NCBI GenBank assembly: GCA_043228905.1 | Contig: JBHGNT010000001.1 | Location: 2,480,001 to 2,544,000, forward strand | Reading direction: 5' to 3' | Length of the DNA: 64,000 nucleotides | DNA from: Azolla caroliniana | Lineage: Eukaryota > Plantae > Polypodiophyta | Part shown: positions 62,501 through 64,000 of the stretch, piece after piece | How the letters are laid out: each line of letters opens with the position of its first letter | How positions within the stretch are numbered: position 1 is the stretch's first letter | Position numbers and translations under genes: made by a program | The notes under the pieces: generated by a model | Seen by the model: only the letters and a program-made list of their open reading frames with translations | What the model was told of the DNA's origin: nothing | The model's database searches: none

Positions 62501-63810
62501 CATATGTGCAACCTCTTAGGAAACTTGTCAACGTTCTATAGTGAAGATATGAGTAACTGATCGTCTTTACCATTCATCTGTTACAATTTAGAATAGTTTT
62601 ATTGATTGAATTTTTTTGGAAAATTAGGCTAAAATAGCTTTGAAAATGGAAGATTGAGGAGGGATGGATATAATCTAAAAATGGGCTTCAGTTTTTGAGC
62701 AGGAACTATCGAAAGGCAAAGAGGATCGTGCAGCACTTGAGAACAAGCTTAAAATACTTGAAGAAAAGGTTTTGCATGGGACCAATTCTAATAATGTCAT
62801 TCTACTTGAAAAAGCTAGACAGCAGGAACGAGAATTGGCCAATGCTGAACTTCGTTTACAAGAGAAGAAAAATCTGGATGAAGAGCGGCAGCGAAAAATA
62901 GCTGAACTAGAGGTATTATCAGTTCATTGTGCCCATCAATTAATGCCTCTAAAGGAACATAGTATTTGTCTATTCCAAGGAAAAAGTTTTATTTCTACAC
63001 ATTTAACATGCACATACTTGCTTGAAAATTTCTTCAATTGCAGGAGGCACAAATTATGGCTGAAGAAAAATGTAGTACGATGGAAGAAGAGTTGGAGTCT
63101 AAGACTCGAAAATTAAGGAGGCTAATGGCACGGTATCAGCAAAGTAAGATTGACATAACTGCTCTGAGAACTGAGATTCAAGACACAATCCATGAATTTC
63201 ATCAGGAACGGGCAGATCTGCTATGGTCAATCAAGTCATTAGAACAGCAGCATCAATTAAAAAATTTAATAATCGAGGTCATCTCCTTTAACTTTTACAT
63301 GCCTTAATCTCAAATTTGAATCTGATTGTATTTGATTTGATGAGACTTGCAAACTCATATGGTTCATATTTGTAAAAGAACTTTCCTTCAATTATGAGAT
63401 GCCTAAAGTAGAGGAAAACATATAATAGAATTTTAAGCTCGCTTTTTGGTACAAACAGTTTTGCAATATATATATATAGGTATATTATATATATCATTAA
63501 ATAATCGTTGAAAATATTCATGCATAATATCTAGTTCATCTATCTCAAACTTTTGGTCACATAAGGTTGATACCAATTGTTTGTTGTAGCAGAGGTTTAT
63601 TCCACCCGAAGAAGTAACAAAAATAATGCAACGAGTTCATTGGGATGAAGAAAATGAAACTTGGGTCCTCAGAAGCAGCCATAATTGTTCAGTAAATGGA
63701 TTTGACAATGCTCCATATCAGAGACCCGCATCGGCTGTGGGACGAAGTAGACCAACATGTCAGAAAGTATTACAATGCTTGGCTCAAGGCACTATGAACC
63801 CGAGATACTT
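56546..63810 (+). CDS. KIF3: Kinesin-2 (KIF3/FLA10-like) motor subunit, at least 10 exons, probably 3'-incomplete
   Basis: [12 protein letters not shown]; FTFDRVY; P-loop GQTASGKT; NQDSSRSH; DLAGSE; [20 protein letters not shown]; kinesin-2 neck [12 protein letters not shown]; coiled coil; tail [13 protein letters not shown]. Exons: 56546-56896, 58554-58773, 58912-59159, 59254-59403, 59503-59864, 59961-60150, 61210-61323, 62692-62912, 63044-63277, ~63590-63810 (followed by a GTAAGA donor). Paralogue-level identity (KIF3A/B, FLA8/10) not resolved. Confidence 0.9.
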
Positions 63811-64000
63811 GTAAGATAAGCTACATAATCATTCCATTGTATATTTATTTGGATAGAAAATAAATGTGAACAATACATTAAGTGCTAGAGCACAATACTT
63901 GAATGTCTGCCTTTATACATCATACTTCAGATTTATTAGGTGCCTTTGGAATTTGTAAAAGTCCTGATTGTGTGTGTAATGGTAATGCTTGTGTTTGGAG

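Noticed and set aside
63811-63814. Kinesin stop codon at 63812-63814
   Set aside because: It overlaps a GTAAGA donor, and KIF3 tails continue past NPRY, so another exon probably lies beyond the window.

Overview
AT-rich, intron-containing land-plant genomic DNA, most likely a seed-free plant with flagellated sperm (it encodes a kinesin-2). The right half has two conserved genes: a RAD5A-type HIRAN/SNF2/RING helicase (minus strand, ~21 coding exons, 36214-44015) and a KIF3/FLA10-type kinesin-2 (plus strand, from 56546, running off the window). It also has a full-length Ty1/copia element (45391-51132; AAAAT target-site duplication, tRNA-iMet PBS, internally triplicated 5' LTR) lying antisense in the probable RAD5A 5'-UTR intron, a hAT MITE, and a 13 x 86-bp tandem array. 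The most interesting part is a family of small (81-123 aa) genes with single-exon CDSs, no signal peptide and a beta-strand-like pattern, which I cannot assign to a known family. Intact copies start at 9428, 18517, 22290, 27557, 31591 and, beyond RAD5A, 53938 (minus); there is a pseudogene at 34671 and several promoter-only 'ghost' units. The arrayed copies share a decayed copia relic, a cassette of 5-6 same-orientation W-boxes with a variable (TAA)n spacer, a TATA box and a 5'-UTR intron; four have a downstream tRNA-like hairpin. The proteins are far more divergent than their flanking non-coding DNA. This suggests (inference) a WRKY-inducible defence family undergoing birth-and-death evolution and diversifying selection. 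All alignments and counts were made by eye.
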